Below, piece by piece: positions 61,301-64,000 of a DNA stretch of 64,000 nt. Each line of letters opens with the position of its first letter. The stretch's first letter is position 1. A program made the position numbers and the translations under genes. The stretch is from contig CM060732.1 of NCBI GenBank assembly GCA_030704615.1, forward strand, positions 31,744,001 to 31,808,000. Direction: 5' to 3'. The DNA comes from Takakia lepidozioides (lineage: Eukaryota > Plantae > Bryophyta). Under the pieces are notes generated by a model, which searched no databases, was not told where the DNA came from, and worked only from the letters and a program-made list of their open reading frames with translations.

Positions 61301-62457
61301 AGACACGAGCATTATGGGCGGCCCACTGTAGTGGTACTTACCTCGACATAGACATTTTGTCTATAGATCCAGATTTCCTCTAGAAAGCCACCCCAACAGT
61401 AGGCCCAGGGTTTAGCTCAGCATTTGGATTTGCCATTTGCAGGGATGCTTATGACGGTCCTGAACAGGTTGATCTTGCACCCAGGACTTTGTAACAGAAA
61501 ATGGATTTTGTCTTCAGGTCAATCTCCTCTGAGCTCTGTGCATCTGTTCATTGTACAAAGGTGTAAACAGGGTGTAAACTTAAACGATGGGGTACTGTCA
61601 ACCTGCGAATTGTATGTGCAGGTTATTGAATAGATGAAGCAGATATGAAGCAGGAATGACAATGTGAGAGTGATCTCTAAAACTTCCATCAGAGATTGGA
61701 AAGTAAGATAATATCCAGTAAGATCGAACTGTCAACCAGCCCTTCCAACTGATGCGTTCCAACTGGTCATACTTTAAGGCACTTTCGGTATACTTGAAAC
61801 ACTGTCTTAGGTCAAGATGGTCAAGCTTAGTTCTTGAATAAAAGTTAAGTGGACATGCAAAAAAGTAATCAAAGAGAGGTCTGCCTCGTGATTTCTCATA
61901 GAGATATAACAAGAAAGGTAGCAAGCAAGAAAGACACCTTATAGAGTCTGCAGGAACACCCAAGATAAAATTACACCTGAAGAAAGCACAAAGAGCCATA
62001 GTGCGATGGAGAGAAGCAATTCCTGATTACTGTTCACTCATAATTATAAACTTGAGACAGACAGTCAGAACTGACAGAGCATCAACTGACAGGTCAAAAT
62101 TGATCCATTTCAACCCTTGCTCACAGTTTCCTTACCAGCTTCTTCCAAATCAAGGTCACCCGGGAGTAGAAAGGCTCCCTAAGAACCCAGTTGGCACACT
62201 CAAGAGTAAAGCAAAGAAGCTTCTGCCCAGTCTTTGAAGGATGCATCACTGACTGAAAATTTTCATTTTCTGCTCAATAATATTATGCATGTGTACAGTG
62301 ATGGGGTACATACAAAGAACAATGCCAACACACTAGGGGTTGAGCTCACTCAGGCAAATGAAGTTAACTGACTGAAATTATACACACTGGATCAACTAAG
62401 ATATGGCGGCTGTAATATTATTTATTGTCAACCCAAGGGAGTGCCTAAATCATGCTA

Positions 62458-63803
62458 TCAGCATTGCAGATGCTGGTAGACCTGACACTTGATCACTTTC
62501 TGGTGAACCTGGAACCCCGGCATGGTCATAAACTGCACTTTCGGCATCGTGCATTTTTGACATTGAATTGTTGCATCAGGAGTGACAGTCTCCACGTAGA
62601 GAGGGTTGAGTTCCATACCTCTTCCCACCCTCAGGATTGTAGCCACAGGGTTGAAAGAGAATGCCAGGCGATGTAGCAACCATACACACTTAGCGGCATC
62701 TAGGAATGCTCCAGTGAACACTTGTCGCTCTGCTGCTTCCTTGAATACAATGTTCCAAGGGAATAGAAACCACATTCCTCGCATTTTCCTCTCACAGAAG
62801 GCCAAAAATTTCGGTTCAAAACTGACATGATGAGAATTGGCTGCATCAATGGCATCCACTAGTTTCATGCGTTGGAACTCCTCAAACCGTTTAGTGCATC
62901 GCCTGCTAGGATCAATGATCAGGGTCAGCCCTGTCTCATCAAAGCTGTCATTCTCAAAGCAATGGTACATGGCCTGCCGACAATCCACACACCTGTTAGA
63001 AAATATTCAGACTGTCGTTGTTGTGGATTTGGAACACTGGACAAACAGGAGTTCAAACGTCCATAAAAGTGGAAGCAGAAATGCAGTAATCCAAGCCAGG
63101 TATGTGGCAATAGCCTTCTTATCCCAGACTTCCAACAACCCAACCACTTTTTACCCCAATGGTGGCACTGGGTTCCATTGTCAACAAATTATGTAAGTGT
63201 ACAAGTAGTACTCCAGAATCTCAAGCCCGCAATAAACCCTGAGCGATCAAACTTTGGGAGGTCAGATCTTCAAGAAATGTCTTCTAGATAGAGTGGAACT
63301 GTAATGTGCCAGTTTGTATCTACCTTGTTAATGTTGGACTCCAGTGCAAATGCACTATGCTCCTTTTTACCAAAGCTTGCATCAGGGTCAATTGCTGCAA
63401 GCGTCCTCCAGACTGAGTACCCAGAGATTTCCATCTGATTCATAAATACTTTGCAGAAGTAACGGACAGCAACCCGAGCCCGGATTAATGCCATCTCAAA
63501 CAGAAGGATTCTTGCTGACATTCTTGTTTCCTGTGTCCCTGGACAGGGGCCGTCTGAAGTCTCCTCTGCATCCCCAGAGCCCTCCGAAAATATTTCCTGT
63601 GTTGCAATCTTTGGCTTTGCTGCTTCTGGTCTTGTGCATGTAGGCTGAGAGTCATCGGTACTTTCCAATAAACCATTGCTGGAAGAGGAGGAACCTGAGG
63701 TTTCAGAGGATGTCTCATTTTGCAAAAGGTCACCAGGAGTGCTAGTCTTTGAGTGTGGGTTGCCTGCACGGGTAGCAGGCTTCTTACAATCTGTCATCTG
63801 CAC
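62458..63803 (-). CDS. IRK-interacting / GIL1-like protein, 3' exons (63324-~63800 and 62458-62973); 5' part extends toward or beyond the window end
   Basis: FALESNINK | AMYHCFENDSF...FLAFCERKM...FLDAAKCVWLLHRLAFSF...VQFMTMPGFQV...IKCQVY, with a GT-AG intron at 62974-63323. Confidence 0.85.
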
Positions 63804-64000
63804 TTAAAAGCAATTGTCTCCATCAGAAATCCAGTATCAACTCACCAAAAAACTGAAGACAAATTCAAGGGTTTTTAGAACTGCCATCCTCCATGTCTCC
63901 AACTCTTTGCATCTGCACATCTATGTGAATAGCATTTCCATCACTGTTCTTCAACCTCTCAGGTTCTAGCTTAAACAGTAAATAACTCCCAAAATGGAAG

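Overview
Eukaryotic nuclear DNA from a land plant, most likely a non-seed plant such as a bryophyte or lycophyte. That assignment is inferred from spliced plant genes, a PLS-class PPR of moss-like style and the transposon lineages present. Apparently intact genes are an XTH (14953-17026, +), NOP2 (48427-56124, -), a PLS-E PPR ORF (57636-59501, +) and an IRK-interacting/GIL1-like gene (62458 to the window end, -). The rest is 5'-only gene fragments (BTB/POZ, LRR-RLK, ALG1, N-carbamoylputrescine amidase) and a diverse set of decayed mobile elements. Several of these are better known from fungi or animals: a Crypton-type (DUF3504-like) tyrosine-recombinase element, three piggyBac-like TTAA/CTAA MITEs, an intron-containing Plavaka transposase, a Crinkler-type NTPase+REase pseudogene, a self-priming chromovirus LTR and an RLE-type non-LTR element. 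hAT, copia, gypsy, L1-like and Tc1/mariner-like relics are also present. Two local inversions can be reconstructed from the sequence. One (~5020-6217) interleaves the Crypton and gypsy ORFs. The other (~59460-60680) separated the E+/DYW editing domain from the PPR gene. The PPR also sits directly behind a decayed amidase 5' end that could splice in frame onto it. All family calls come from manual motif recognition, with no database search.
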